From Octopus vulgaris (Eukaryota), in assembly GCA_951406725.2 (NCBI GenBank), contig OX597831.1, positions 61,876,001-61,940,000 of the forward strand: DNA of 64,000 bases, in the 5' to 3' direction. Position numbers and translations under genes: made by a program. The notes under the pieces were generated by a model. It ran no database searches, was not told the DNA's origin, and saw only the letters and a list, made by a program, of their open reading frames with translations. Position 1 is the stretch's first letter, and every line of letters begins with the position of its first letter. Positions 13,748-26,858 of the stretch are shown here, piece after piece.

Positions 13748-14392
13748 TACGTATAATAATAACAATGAAATTATTGTATACAGTGCTCAGGTGCACCACG
13801 ACTTGTCAGGAAGTGCGTATAAAGTGTATGCAGTAATGTACAAGTGTCTGGAAAGCAAACAGTGTATGAGTCAGATACATGCGTGCGTGTGTATGGAGGG
13901 GAGAAAATCAGGTGTAGTGTTGGCGAATCTCAGAAACCATGGAAGTTTTGAAGGATGCAGTGCTCCGACAACTAACAACTGATGCCGGCAGTTTGTTCCC
14001 ATGCTTCAGCAACTCTTGGCGTGAAAAAATGTTTCCGAAAGTCATGGGAGCTGTGCAGTTTTCTGACTTTGTAAATATGTCCATGGGTGTTAGACAGGTG
14101 GAGTTTGAAAAGGTGCTCTGAGTTATTGTTTGTAAGATGGTTAATAATTTTATGGGTTTCTGCCAAGTCAGCTGTCAGACGTCGAAGTTTCAATGTGTCC
14201 ATGCCCAGGGAAGTAAGGCGTTCAGGATATCGCAAATGCTTGGTGGAGGGTATTCTTTTGGTTGCACGTCACTGAAAGGGCTTCTAGACGATTAATATCC
14301 TGGGCAGGATAGGGGTTCCAGACCGGTGATGCAAATCCCAGGTGAGGTCGTACCATAACTATATAAAGCCGCAGATAGATAGCCGGCTCACA
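13748..14392 (-). mobile_element. CR1-clade LINE 3' fragment
   Basis: VRPHLGFASPVWNPY..INRLEA; YPERLTSLGMDTLKLRRLTADL; NTHGHIYKV..DFRKHFFTPRVAEAW; ends in an (ATT)n-like tail. Confidence 0.88.
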
Positions 14393-15099
14393 AAGGACTT
14401 CGTGTTTGTATTAGATGTTTGTTAGGACAGCTATTGCATAAAATTAGTTCTTGAACTAAAAATGTCTAGTAAGAAGTGTAACATTAAACTGCATTGCTGA
14501 ATTCGATCATTTGGTTTTGTCAACCAATTCTTCAGTATTTCACATTTCTGTAAGCATGAATATATTTTGTTATCTAAATTCCAATCACGGGCCATGCAGA
14601 AAACCTTATGCGATATAGAATTGTTGCATGTGTCCATTATTAAAAACAATTTCAGTAACCTCTTTTATATCTTTTATACCATTCAATTTCTGATGTTGTC
14701 CACAAAGAATATTATCTAATACAAGAATAATATCGATAGCAGAATATTATCTATTCTGCTACTGCCAACATTCCATTTCATATATATGACTTTTTTGTTT
14801 ACTAATTGCACTTATGTTCTTGCTTGACTATTTATTTCACAATGTTTTTCACGCGATAACATCATAAATGATAGTTGTTAGAATAACTAAAAACCGAGGC
14901 AATGATCTGTATGAGTACGTTTGAGTGTTAGCCTGTGCATGTGCGTGTGTGTATGTGTGTGTGTCTTTGTGTGTCTTTGTGTGTGTCTGTGTGTCTGTGT
15001 GTGAAGGCGTTTTAGAGCAAGCTGTAAGTTGTTCATATGCGTGCAATTCACTAATACTTACAAAAAAAAACGTATGTTGAAAACAATCTAAAGGATGAA

Positions 15100-16620
15100 C
15101 ACAGGAAAAGCCCAACTATATGCGACTGGCTTTTGTTGAGCTACTAAGAGCAGAACCTCATGATCAATGGTAAAAGGTGCAGTTCAAATGTATTCAAACT
15201 TTTCGGGAGAGATATTCATTTCAAAGAATCACAAAACTCTAACCTCCTTGAAATTAGGATAGGAACCTCTACTCTAATACAATGCCGTTGCACTTGCGTC
15301 ACTACGTGAAGGCCTCATGAAAGTCCTCCAGAATGAAAATGTTCAGGACCCTTGTCAGAGCCTCCTTCATTTTCATACCACTTAACCTGAAGTTCTCCTT
15401 CATCTTGGGGAACAGCCAAAAGTCACTGGGAGCATTCCCTTTTTATCTCTATATTTCTGCTGTTTTTGAATTTCTTGTGATTGTATCTGTGTGTCTGTGT
15501 GTTCGTTTGAGTGAAATTCTACGTGTTTCGTCTGTGTGTCTATGTCTTTAGGTTTCCGTAATTCTGAGTTGTCTTGTTTCTGGTCAGAATGACTCTGTAT
15601 TTGTAAGTCCTTTACTGGTAATTCTACTGTAAAGTTTGTCCGTTTCACGACGTGGGTTGGGTTTCCTTCTCTATTGCTTTACACTTCTTCAATTCCACTG
15701 ACGTCGGCGACTTCCTTCTTTCTCTTTTCCTGGGTTTCACCCCTACAAAATTCTCATCATGTTCTGTTTTCTGTTTCTGCTTTTTTTTTCTGCCATTATA
15801 TCTTCCTGAACACTCTCCTCTACCATTTCCACTGCTGCTTTAGGGCATTTCCTCCTCAAATACCCTCCTTTTTAACCACATCCGTAACACTTTGTGGTCT
15901 CCCTTCCAACAATATTTCCAGCTTTTCTCCATTTGGTAAATCCAAAGTTTCCGCCATTTCGTCGTAATATTTCGGGCTCACTGCACAGATTATTTCTAGA
16001 CCATAGCCCCACATTTCACTTGTTATGTCCGGCTTATCATTCCAATCCTCAGGTTGTCTCCTTCCTCAGCTCTGAATTAAAAATTGAGGTTATTACCAAT
16101 TCTGGGTCTATCCCACCCAAACCCTAACGATTCTTTTGCCCAAACAGTGTGGCATCAAAATCCATTTTTCCCCTTTAAGAGCATGTTGCCAGTTATTTTC
16201 GCCTCCTCTTCTGATACAAAGGTTACTACTATAGTCGCTTATTTCCTTCCTCTTGTAAAGAACATTATCCTTTCTCCTATTTGTTCCTCCAAGATTTCCT
16301 GTATCTCTTCCTGCGGCGCGTGTTCTATTCTCTTATTTACATTCGAAAATGTTCTGAATATGACCGTCTTGTTTTCCATTTTTCTTTTTTCCTCCTCTGG
16401 CAGGGTCATTTATATATTTGACCCTTCTTTCTTTATCATACCATAATATTTGCTTGTCTTTTCCTCATTCCACTCCATCATCTCCGGCTTCACCACATGT
16501 GGGTCTAGGGGAACTCGAATTCCGTTTAACGTTTCAGTTTTTCCATTATCCACTACCACCCAACGATGGTGGCTTTGCACAAAAAAATTCGCTTAGAATT
16601 CTTCAAAAACAACAAAAGGG
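15100..16620 (-). mobile_element. Degenerate non-LTR retrotransposon ORF1 (gag-like, zinc knuckle), L1/Tx1-like
   Basis: Minus strand gives KTVIFRTFSNVNKRIEHAP..TRGRKYATIVVTFVSEEEAK and LEGRP.KCYGCG*KGGYLRRKCP (decayed CCHC knuckle near 15845-15905); clade uncertain. Confidence 0.55.
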
Positions 16621-16976
16621 TGTGGCTTGCTAGCTGTCGATGCTTATTCGCCTTTGAAAACTTTGAATTTCAAGTGAAATAAATTCAGTGATCTGCAAAA
16701 TTAGAAATAGTGCATTTCTAAATCTCTCAGAGAGTCTTATACAGTAACAGTACGATAGAGTGATGGTTTATTGCCAACTTAATATGGCAAGCCAAGCTAT
16801 TTCAGACTGATAAAGAGCAATAACTCTGAATCTAGTCTCTGGGTGTTGGCTAATTAAATTGTGTAGGGGCTATTTTCAACCAGAAGCAAGTTAAGCGCAA
16901 GGACATTTCTAATATTATGTCAGATGCTATATATGCATCTTTACAACTAAAACCCAACGCAATGCATACTCTAGAG

Positions 16977-17211
16977 CAGTGTTTCTGACATATGGACCTC
17001 TTTGATTCCTATTTTACTCGAGTGGAACCTCCCATCCATTCAATTTTAAACAGCATTTAAAATTTTTTTTTATATTTAAATATCAGGAATTGTATAAAAA
17101 TAATTATTGAAATATTTTATGTATTGTAATCAATTTATTGCCGATAAATTTTACCAACAATATTTTATTTGAACCCCCAAGGGCCATATGGACTCCAGTT
17201 TAGAAACACTG
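16977..17211. mobile_element. hAT (Charlie-like) MITE
   Basis: TIRs cagtgtttct / agaaacactg; 8-bp TSD ctctagag / ctttagac fits an NTCTAGAN target. Confidence 0.85.
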
Positions 17212-19810
17212 CTTTAGACAATGTTTTATCATATTTAAACAATCTGCTTCCGAAACAAAACCGGCATTCAGTAAAGGCTTCATTATTTTTCAGTGTAAGA
17301 CAATTTAATCCAGTATACTACACTGTGTCTTCTTCCTCAAGAAACGATCGGTACTCTTGATGCCAATTAGAGAGCAAACTTTTGGTAACTTTTGTAGATT
17401 ATCTCCAGCTTCTGACTGCTGAGAACAAAGTCTTCCAATCTTCTAGATTTCATGATTCATTTTTATATGATAAACAACAATGATCTGATAACATCCTAAA
17501 TGTCGCCATTGAAACTAAAAATATTACTTTCTACAGCAGTATAGATTGTGACCATGTCAGTCTTCTTTTCCTAATATGAGCGTCTATCTACCACTCAATT
17601 ATAAAAATCTGTTCTATCTTCATTGTTGCATGCCATCAATATTTTGGGCCAACAAAATGAAAACAGAGATAACTATTTTCTCAGTTTTCGAAAACTAACT
17701 ACTAAATATTCCAATCAAGCTCAATCTGTAGAAATGTATGTTCAATCTATACGGCCTTAGGTGAATTTATCAACGTTAGCTCTATTAAGAGATCATCATG
17801 TTTATTAGTGAACGAGTTTTAAACTAAATCGAGGCACGAATGTATAATATGGATAGTATATACTATTTCAAGCATTCTGTAAATTTCAACAAATAATTTT
17901 CATTGAGCGTGGTAAGGGCAAACTTTTGAAGACATTTCATGTAAAATTAAAATCGCTAATGTGATTTAAAATTTATTTTTTGTTCTATGGACATTCATGT
18001 TGAAATTCACACCTTTTGCAAAGAGTTAAAATTGAAACATTTCTGGGCATTGTGAATTTATACTGTTTTTAAATTGTAGGAAATACTTAGAACATAATAG
18101 AATCAGTGTGATACGATTAGATTACTTAGTCTATTAGTGACACATAATAAGAATAAAAATGAGTGCTTACTTGTAACTTAAGGCATTTAAAAAATTCATT
18201 TAGCTGTTGATGTTGCTAAAAACACAAACAAAAACCAGAAATCACATTATAGAAGTGCTTCGTTTTGACAGCCTAATAAAGACAGCCTCATAAAGCTCCT
18301 GCTGCAAGTGTAGAAATTGCTACGAGTCTATCAGATACTGTCAGAAACTGCTGTTGTACATATTCATTTTCTAAACTCGAAAATATATACGATGAACAAA
18401 AATAGTTCGTGAGAAATCAGATTAAACGACATTTTCCACGAACGTATTTCGATGATTTAAACAAAGTTGTAAGAAAAAATTAAACAAAAGAATTACGCTT
18501 AAACTTTCGACCTTAGCCTCAAACAGCAAAATATATATATTTCAAAGCTAAATGACAAAAGCGTGATCCTAAAGCTTTTAATGTTCTAAATGTGTATGTG
18601 TTTTCTAAATTTAACAATTTATAAGAAGCATTTCTTAACCCTCTAATATTATGGTAGTAGTTTAAATGCAAAGTATTAAACTACGGAATCCGATCAATAC
18701 GTCCCTATGAAAATTCCACTTCTTCAATCTAAAACTTCAGTTTTTATGATGAATTCTTTCAAACATATTAATATTAAAAAGAATTCTTTTTAACCTTTGA
18801 ATGTACCCATTTTAGTTAAATCCAACTAGTTATTGCGCGCACATAAACATCTCTCATTAATCAAACAACAAAAGCAGAGAAAAGCTTGATGAATATAAAA
18901 TTTCAATAAGAAATTGAAATTTCTGAATAGAAAACGTGCATTTGCGCAATATTGAAAAAATTGTTATGTAAAATATGAATTGTGTAACATGTACTAAATT
19001 CTACAGTTGATCATAGAAATGACTTCACAAGATTTAACTTCTTGAAGCGCAATTCAAACTCGCCTTAACAATAAAATCTTTCAAATTAATGCCGATAACA
19101 AAAGATGTTAACTTCTAAGATTAGTGGCGCTTAAATTGAACTGAACACTCATCAAAGTGTTAAGTTTGATATTTTATGTTCAGATAACCTGAAATATTCG
19201 GAAAAAAAAAAAAAATAATTGTAATGATTGGATGATTACACTTTCTGTTAATAGCATTGCATGAAAATATTCTGAGAATTTCAAAGGAGCAAAAATTGAA
19301 ATTAAAGAATAAAAATTCTTGCGGAATTATTGCAGTAGCTGTTGTAAACTTGATCGTTGGAATGAAATTGCAGGTACCATTGAGAATAAGTTTTGCGATG
19401 GATGCTGTAAAGTAAATCACTCCTAGTACCTGACTGTTATTATTTTATCGACCTCAGCCAAGGATTAGAAGTCAGAACGTAAAATAACAACCAATTGGGA
19501 TCATAACAAATATCTTTTTGTCCTCTACAGTTCCTAAGTTCCATTGACTTTACCTGTTCATAAAATTAAGACAAAAGCAGATTCAAACATTATGTTTGTC
19601 TTAAAACTAAAGAAGAGTTGTTTCACCATTTCTATAACTAAAACTATGCATTGATCTCATATACAAAAGCGTCTCATGAATATGCCACATATGTTGAATC
19701 AACATAGTTCGTTGTGAAATTTGAGGATTAATAACACTGAAGCAAATAACCAAATTTGTAGGGGGCGGATGGATTTCCCGCTTAATTTTCAGCACATGAC
19801 TCATTATGTT

Positions 19811-20106
19811 TGTTGTTTGTTCTTTCTCGAGCCATGCCTGGCTCATAAGGGCCGGTGTCCGGGTTTCTTGGCGTATAGAGTCCCCACCTGGATGAGACGC
19901 CGGTCCGTCGCAGGTAAGCCGCAAGATGCAGGAGGAAAGAATGAGAGAAAGTTGTGGCGAAAGAGTCAGCAGAAGTTCGCCATTACCTTCTGCCGGAGCT
20001 TAGGTGTTTTCGCTCATAAACACACACATCGCCCGGCCTGAGATTCGAACCCGCGATTCCTCGACCGCGAGTCCGCTGCTCTAACCACTTGGCCATATGC
20101 CTCCAC
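19811..20106 (-). mobile_element. tRNA-derived SINE with RTE-like 3' tail
   Basis: Minus-strand head gtggaggcatatggccaagtggttagagc..gggttcgaatctc; 12-bp TSD actcattatgtt at 19799-19810 / 20107-20118; second copy at 62132. Confidence 0.9.
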
Positions 20107-20793
20107 ACTCATTATGTTGGTAACTAATGAATAGTAGTAACCAACTCAATTAACTTAGAAGTTAAATGAGTTAGTTAAACTGTGAATGACATTAGACTTA
20201 GCGCTTTATATTTTTTCTACCATTGCCGATTCATTATCATAGTCTAAACTCCACTAATTGACAAGGTCGATGCAGTTGATTATTAACTGAATCACCGAAG
20301 GAAATGCCAGATATGTTGATGTTAAGATGGAGCAATAATTGCGCTGCATGTACGAAATATTTCACACGGATTTTGAAACATGAAGGACAAATACTCATGC
20401 AGAGAAAATAATTATACGTGGAAAAGTACGAAGCTTACTAGTTTACAAGTACACAAACCATTGAATATTAGAGGGAAAATTCAGTACACTGTGCGAATAC
20501 GGGCTTTTGAGACTATAGTGTGAAGTTTTGCTAGTTTTAGGGATTGCGTCTGACGGATACAGTTTATATGTTATTGGTGGCTTTGTCTCAGATATAGTAT
20601 ATACTTTCACAATAATATCAGGTACATTTGTTTATGCTATACGGCCAGACGTTTTGTAAGTACCTTGCAATTGATATCACCTTCGTTGTGATCAACAAAT
20701 TTTGTGGCCCTCAGCTTGTCTGAAGCCTTACTGAGTGCTACTCTGCAATGCTCAATCGGGACACTAGAATATCATATTGATTATCTACTTCTA

Positions 20794-21209
20794 CAGTAAT
20801 TCCTCGACTGTCGTGGGTGCTATGTTCCCAAACCCCACGCGATAGGTGAAAATCCGCGAAGTAGAAACAGTGCTGTACTGAATATTTTTTTTTATTTTCA
20901 TAATTTGTATATAGTTATTTTATTATAAATGTAAAACAACACCACGGTGGTATCGACGTAGGCTTAAATAATAAGCCGCAATAGGTGAATCGCGATAGGT
21001 GAGCCGCGATAAATGAAAATCCGCGAAGTAGAAACAGTGCTGTACTGAATATTTTTTTTTTATTTTCATAATTTGTATATAGTTATTTTATTATAAATGT
21101 AAAACAACACCACGGTGGTATCGACGTAGGCTTAAATAATAAGCCGTAATAGGTGAATCGCGATAGGTGAGCCGCGATAAGTGAACCGCGTTATGGCGAG
21201 CGATTACTG
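20794..21209. mobile_element. pogo/Tigger-like MITE with internal ~167-bp tandem duplication
   Basis: TA-cagtaattcctcg ... cgagcgattactg-TA termini; near-identical repeat units 20838-21004 and 21005-21172. Confidence 0.88.
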
Positions 21210-21872
21210 TATACAATAATTCACAATTACACGAAAGAAGGACGTCTACCACAAAATGTATCTTCTCTACATCGCGGATTTTAGATTTTCGAATAGCGCT
21301 GTTTTTGTGAGAATGACGGTGATTTTAGAGAAGAATGAGGTAATGTTAATATTATCTTTGTCCCCTATGCAAACGTAATTCTCATTGTCATTCCTGAATA
21401 ACTGTGGAGAATCGTGTCCATGCACAGATGCTCTGAAACGCTTGTTGCTCAAGTGGATCAATCTCTGAGGATATCATTGCCAGAATGATAAATAATTGAC
21501 GTAGGCACTCGAAAGGGTGTTAAACATGATTTTCTGATGGCACTCGTGTGACATTAACAGAATGCTTTTAATACGACTAATTAAATTAGGGTAGCACTTC
21601 AAGACTTCCAATGACACACTCAGTGTCTCCTCTAAAAGATAATGACATTAGTGCAGAGTAATTGGAAGACCTTGCTGCTGATAATCCATACTGTTGCTTG
21701 AAGTTCTGCCCTCTACAATTTTCGTTGTTTTACTTAGAAATCTTAATCTTTGCCGCTTTCAACAATACATGATTCCATATATGAAAACATTCATCAATTT
21801 TCGGTAACCTTTTCTAATGACAGAACCATTCATTCGCAACCTAAACATATTGCAACAAACATGGAGTACATC

Positions 21873-22291
21873 AGGTTGGCGGCAAGCTGGCAGAAACGTT
21901 AGCACGCAGGGCGAAATGCTTAGCGGTATTTCGTCTGCCGCTACGTTCTGAATTCAAATTCCGCTGAGGTCGACTTAGCCTTTCATCCTTTTTGGGTCGA
22001 TTAAATAAGTACCAGTTACGCACTGGGGTCAATATAATCGACTTAATCCGTTTGTCTGTCCTTGTTTGTCCTCTCTGTGTTTAGCCCCTTGTGGGCAGTA
22101 AAGAAATAGGTATTTCGTCTGCCGCTACGTTCTGATTTCAAATTCCACCGAGGTCGACTTTGACTTTCATCCTTTCGGGGTCGATTAAGTAAGTACCAGT
22201 TACGCACTGGGGTCGATGTAATCGACTTAATCCATTTGCCTGTCCTTGTTTGTTCCCTCTGTGTTTAGCCCTTTGTGGGCAGTAACGAAAT
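21873..22291 (+). mobile_element. Dimeric Nin-domain-like SINE
   Basis: Two tandem bodies inside one 18-bp TSD aacaaacatggagtacat (21854-21871 / 22292-22309). Confidence 0.92.
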
Positions 22292-22664
22292 AACAAACAT
22301 GGAGTACATAAATGATTGGAATAAAATGATAGTACAACAAAGGAAAAAAGGAACAGAAAAGAAAATACAGCGTAAAGATGAAACTGATACAGAATAGATT
22401 TTCGGTGGATGGCAAGCTTGAGAATGTTTGAAAGGCATTGAAAACCGCTATACACATCTTTTAATACAGACAATATAAACGTTGATTATAAAAATATAAA
22501 AGTATAAAAAGTTCATGACCTTTCATTTTGCGTGAAGGAAGAATATTTAGCAATAAAGAAATTACCCAATAGACTTACGGAAACTTAAATACCGCCGCAA
22601 CAAACCTGCCGATAGGTCAATGCATATATTTCGATGGGCCTAAACACAGAATTACATATAAGCA

Positions 22665-23110
22665 CAGGCGTGGCTGTGTGGTAAGAATGGGCGCTGGAGT
22701 GACTGTGTGGTAAGAAGCTTGCTTCCCAAACACATGGTTCCGGTTTCAGTCTCACTGCGTGGCAACTTTGGCAAGTGTCTTCCATTGTAGCTTCGGGTCG
22801 ACCAAATTCTTGTTAAGGGATTTCGTAGACGGAAACTCAAAAAAACCCGTCATATATATATATATACATGTGGTGTATGTGCGATCGTGTGTGTGTGTGT
22901 GTGTGTCTTTTAGTCTGTGTTTTTCCCCCTACCACTGCTTGATAGCAGGTCTACACCTGTATTTAAGTCCGCGTAACTTAGCTATTCGGCTAAAGAGAAC
23001 GATGGAATAAGTACCGGGCGTTAAGAAATGTACTTCGTTTGATTCATTCGATTAAAAGTTCTCCAAGACTCTGCCCCAGCATTGCCACAATCTAATGACT
23101 GAGACAACAA
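22665..23110 (+). mobile_element. SINE, same family as 10204
   Basis: Sequence similarity; partly duplicated head (ggcgtggctgtgtggtaagaa / ggagtgactgtgtggtaagaa). Confidence 0.85.
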
Positions 23111-23343
23111 AAATATATACAAATAAAAGATAAAAGATCGGCACATACACTGAGACACATCTTAATTGGGCTATTTATTTCAGTCTTAAATTTTTTTCTT
23201 CTCACCACATGCAAGGTCGCGCTTGTGTATATCCGTTTTCAATACATCCGCCAGATTAGCATCCACATAAAAATTCCAACCCACACAACACCCTCTGTTT
23301 GCATTGTTTCCGTTTCTCTTTATCACTCTTATTCGATAATATT

Positions 23344-23346
<3 letters not shown>

Positions 23347-23398
<52 letters not shown>
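23347..23398. repeat. (CT)n microsatellite
   Basis: Direct inspection. Confidence 0.95.
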
Positions 23399-23403
<5 letters not shown>

Positions 23404-23734
23404 TGTCCCTCTGTCTCCCCCATTTTTTATACTATACCCTTGTCTTTTTTCTCTTCTTTGCTCATTTTCTCCTGCTTATTTCTTATAGTCTTTTTCTCTA
23501 TATATATACTTCCTTTTAACATACTTATAAGATGTCTTATTTTCTATCTAATTCCAAACATTTAATATGTGTAAAATGCAACACAATGTTCACTGTAGAT
23601 CTTTCGTGGTTCAGCATTGAATTGCAACTAAGCACATGCAATGCACAGCTTGCAAATAAGCACAATGGTGAAACGTGCGTAGGGAATAAATGATATAAAC
23701 TGCTTAACTTGTTTGCCGTAGTTTCTCTGTTACA

Positions 23735-23769
<35 letters not shown>

Positions 23770-24374
23770 CACACATACACACAAACACACTCGCTCATTC
23801 ACAACACACACACATGCCCACACATGCACACATGACACCTCCATGAAGTAAGCTTACATTTAAAATTTGCACTCAAATTCAATCTGTTTATCTACCCTTC
23901 TACCAATTTACTGATACATCTCTCTATATATACTACACACACACACACATACACACACACATACACACACATATACAAATATGTGTGCGAATGTGTATGC
24001 TAGAATGTATGTATAGAGAAAGAGTAGGGGAGAGAAATATATCAATAAATATGCAGTAGGGTAGATAAGTAGTTTGACAGATGCACAGATCGACTTTGAG
24101 AGTGCACATTTAATATGCAAGCTTGCTTCATGGACGTGAGATAAATAATTACCGAAAGAAAGCAACTACTTACCTGATAGTAGGTAGCACGATTTACTAT
24201 GTTGAGAATAAAATAGTGAAGAAGAATGAGCGAAAGTACAAAACTAAATTTAAATATTTAACGCAATTTGCCTCGCTTCAATGTATTTGTGAATATTTAG
24301 TTCTCAGGCACTTTCTGAATAAAGAGAGTTCAACGTTTATCTAACTAAATAGATAAACAAAAAATTATGATAGA

Positions 24375-24702
24375 AGGTTGCTTCTCAACAGCATGTTTCA
24401 GGGATCAGTCTCACGGTGTGGCACACGGGGCAAGTATCTTCTGCTATAACCCCGGCCCGACCAAAGCCGTGTGAGTGGATTTGGTAGGCGCAAACTGAAA
24501 GAAACCCGTCATATACATGTGTGTTTGTGTGTGTGTGTTTGTGTGTGTGTGTATGTGTGTGTGTGTGAGTGTGTGTGTGTGACCCTCGCTTGACAACCAA
24601 TAGAATCTTTAAAAAAATTATAAGTATTTGCTGGTCGTTCATTTGACTAAAAGTTCTTTAAAAGCTAAACTATGGCATGGTCGCAGTGAAATGAATGAAA
24701 CC
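24375..24702 (+). mobile_element. SINE, same family as 10204, diverged
   Basis: gtgagtggatttggtaggcgcaaactgaaagaaacccgtc and flanking similarity. Confidence 0.8.
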
Positions 24703-24989
24703 TTTTGCAAAGAAAAATGCATTCTGATATTCTGTAGGAAGACTGTAATGAGCCGGGACACATGAATACATAATAAGCTATATTCTCATAGATTCGCCTG
24801 AATATAGGAAGTAGAAGCTAAGTTCATCATAGGCAAATATTTCATCAACAAGAATATGTAAAACGAATCAACAGCACGTTTATACTATGAATAATGTTTA
24901 TACGAATAAAACAAACGAGAACAGACTCTACATATAGCACACAAAAGCATGAAATATTTTACCCAAAACTCTTACACGACGTCTTATTA

Positions 24990-26241
24990 TGAGATTGTCA
25001 AGAAAGTTCTTGCGGTTTTTAACCTTTTAATTCAGATGCACATATCTCGACTCAAACAAAACTTTATTAATTGAAATAAACACCATCAAAATCAACAGAC
25101 GTTTGCCAATGCGAAACAAGTTTATTTATGCCAGTAGCGTAAAAATCCTGTGTTCTGGTGGCGATTAAGTCGTGGAAGGCGTGTTTGGCATTGTAATGGT
25201 TTTTGAAGCATTTCTCCCACAGGAAGTTGTGGAGATGCTTGAGAAAGTGATAGTCGGTAGGCGAGAGGTCTGGTGAGTATGGCGGATGAGGCTGAGTTTC
25301 GTAGCCCAATTCGTTCAACTTCTGCAGGGTCAGTTGTGCGACGTGCGGCCGATCGTTGTCGTGGAGAAGAATTGGTCCTTTTCTATTGACCAATACTGGT
25401 TGTTGTTGTCGGAGTTTCTTATGCATTTCATTCATTTGCCGACAGTACTTCTCTGCCGTAATGGTTTCACCTGGATCCAAATAGCTGTGATGGATGAGAC
25501 CGGCTGCAGACCAGCAAACAGTCACTATGACCTTCTTTTGGTGCAACTTTGACTTCGGGAAGTGCCGTGGAGCTTCGTCGGCGTCCAACCACTGAGCTGA
25601 GCGTCGCCGATTGTCGTAAAGGATCCACTTTTCATCGTAAGTCACAATCCGGTCGAGAAACGGGTCGTTCTTGTTGCGTAAAAGAAGGGAAGACGACACT
25701 TCAAAACGACGTTTTTTCTATGGTTGTCGTTCAATTCGAGCGACACCCATTTCTCAAGTATTTTTATTTTTCCAGTCTCCTTCAAGCGGTTGGAAATTGT
25801 CGTGCACGTTACGTCTAATTCGGAAGCAAGATCACGAACAGTTGTGCGTGGATTGACTTCCACTAAAGCTCTTAGTTGATCGTTGTTAACATCCGATGGC
25901 CGACCACTACGCTTATCATCTTCAAGACTCTCGTCATCGCTACGAAATTTCTTGGACCACCATTGTGATTCCCGGGCCAAACGCTTCGCTGATATCGCGA
26001 GCTGTTTCAGCATGAACTGGAATAAGAAAATTGTGCGAATTTGCTTTTTGTGCATGTTGTATTCAACGTTCCGGGAAAAAATGGCTTAATTATTCAAAAA
26101 GAAAGAGAGTAACACGATTAGATAGAGTGAAAAACGGGCTTTAAGATATATACAGTCAAAGTAATTTAACGAAAATTAAATTGAAATAGATAATTTAAAA
26201 CCAAAATTAAAGATTCCGCAAGAACTTCCTTGACAACCTAA
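24990..26241 (-). mobile_element. Near full-length mariner (cecropia/Hsmar1-like), inactive
   Basis: TA-flanked TIRs tgagattgtcaagaaagttcttgcgg / ccgcaagaacttccttgacaacctaa enclosing a frameshifted transposase. Confidence 0.93.
25067..26055 (-). pseudogene. Mariner DD34D transposase pseudogene
   Basis: RSGRPS, IVTYDEKWILYDN, LLHDNDRPH, HPPYSPDLSPTDYHFL; split over two frames with an N-terminal deletion. Confidence 0.92.
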
Positions 26242-26389
26242 TATATTATATTAACTTTACACATTATTGGAGAGTTTATCCATATATGTATTGAGGAAAT
26301 TTCTCTCACTATATTTGATAACACCAGTTGATATCCTGATTTTAAAAAAAAATTCTGTTACGAGGATATTACATCCTCAATATACATAT

Positions 26390-26450
26390 ATATATATATA
26401 TGTCTGTCTGTATGTATGTTTGTATGTATGTATGTATGTATGTATGTATG

Positions 26451-26481
<31 letters not shown>

Positions 26482-26699
26482 TTATGTATGTATGTATGTA
26501 TACGTATATGTATATACATGTGTATATATGTGCATATATATGTATCACGGACTTTATATATATATATATATATATATGTATATACATAAATATATATACA
26601 TATACATATATATTCCTTTATTATTTTATTCATTTATTTGTTTCATTTGAGCATCACCTTATGTATATGTACACACTCACGCACGCACGCACACACACA

Positions 26700-26740
<41 letters not shown>

Positions 26741-26743
26741 ACA
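26390..26743. repeat. (TATG)n/(TA)n/(CA)n compound microsatellite
   Basis: Direct inspection. Confidence 0.9.
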
Positions 26744-26858
26744 AGGTGGCGAGCTGGCAGAATCGTTAGCGCGCCGGACGAAATGCTCAGCGTTATTTCA
26801 GTCGTCGCCCCGTTCTGTGTTCAAATTCCGCCGAGGTCGACTCTGCTTGTCATCCGCT
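26744..26858 (+). mobile_element. Nin-like SINE 5' half
   Basis: ggtggcgagctggcagaatcgttagc..ttcaaattccgccgaggtcgac. Confidence 0.8.

Noticed and set aside
20838-21172. CRISPR-like array
   Set aside because: Eukaryotic context; it is a two-unit tandem duplication inside a MITE with no unique spacers
25067-25699. Host SETMAR gene
   Set aside because: No SET domain; enclosed by TIRs and TA duplication; frameshifted
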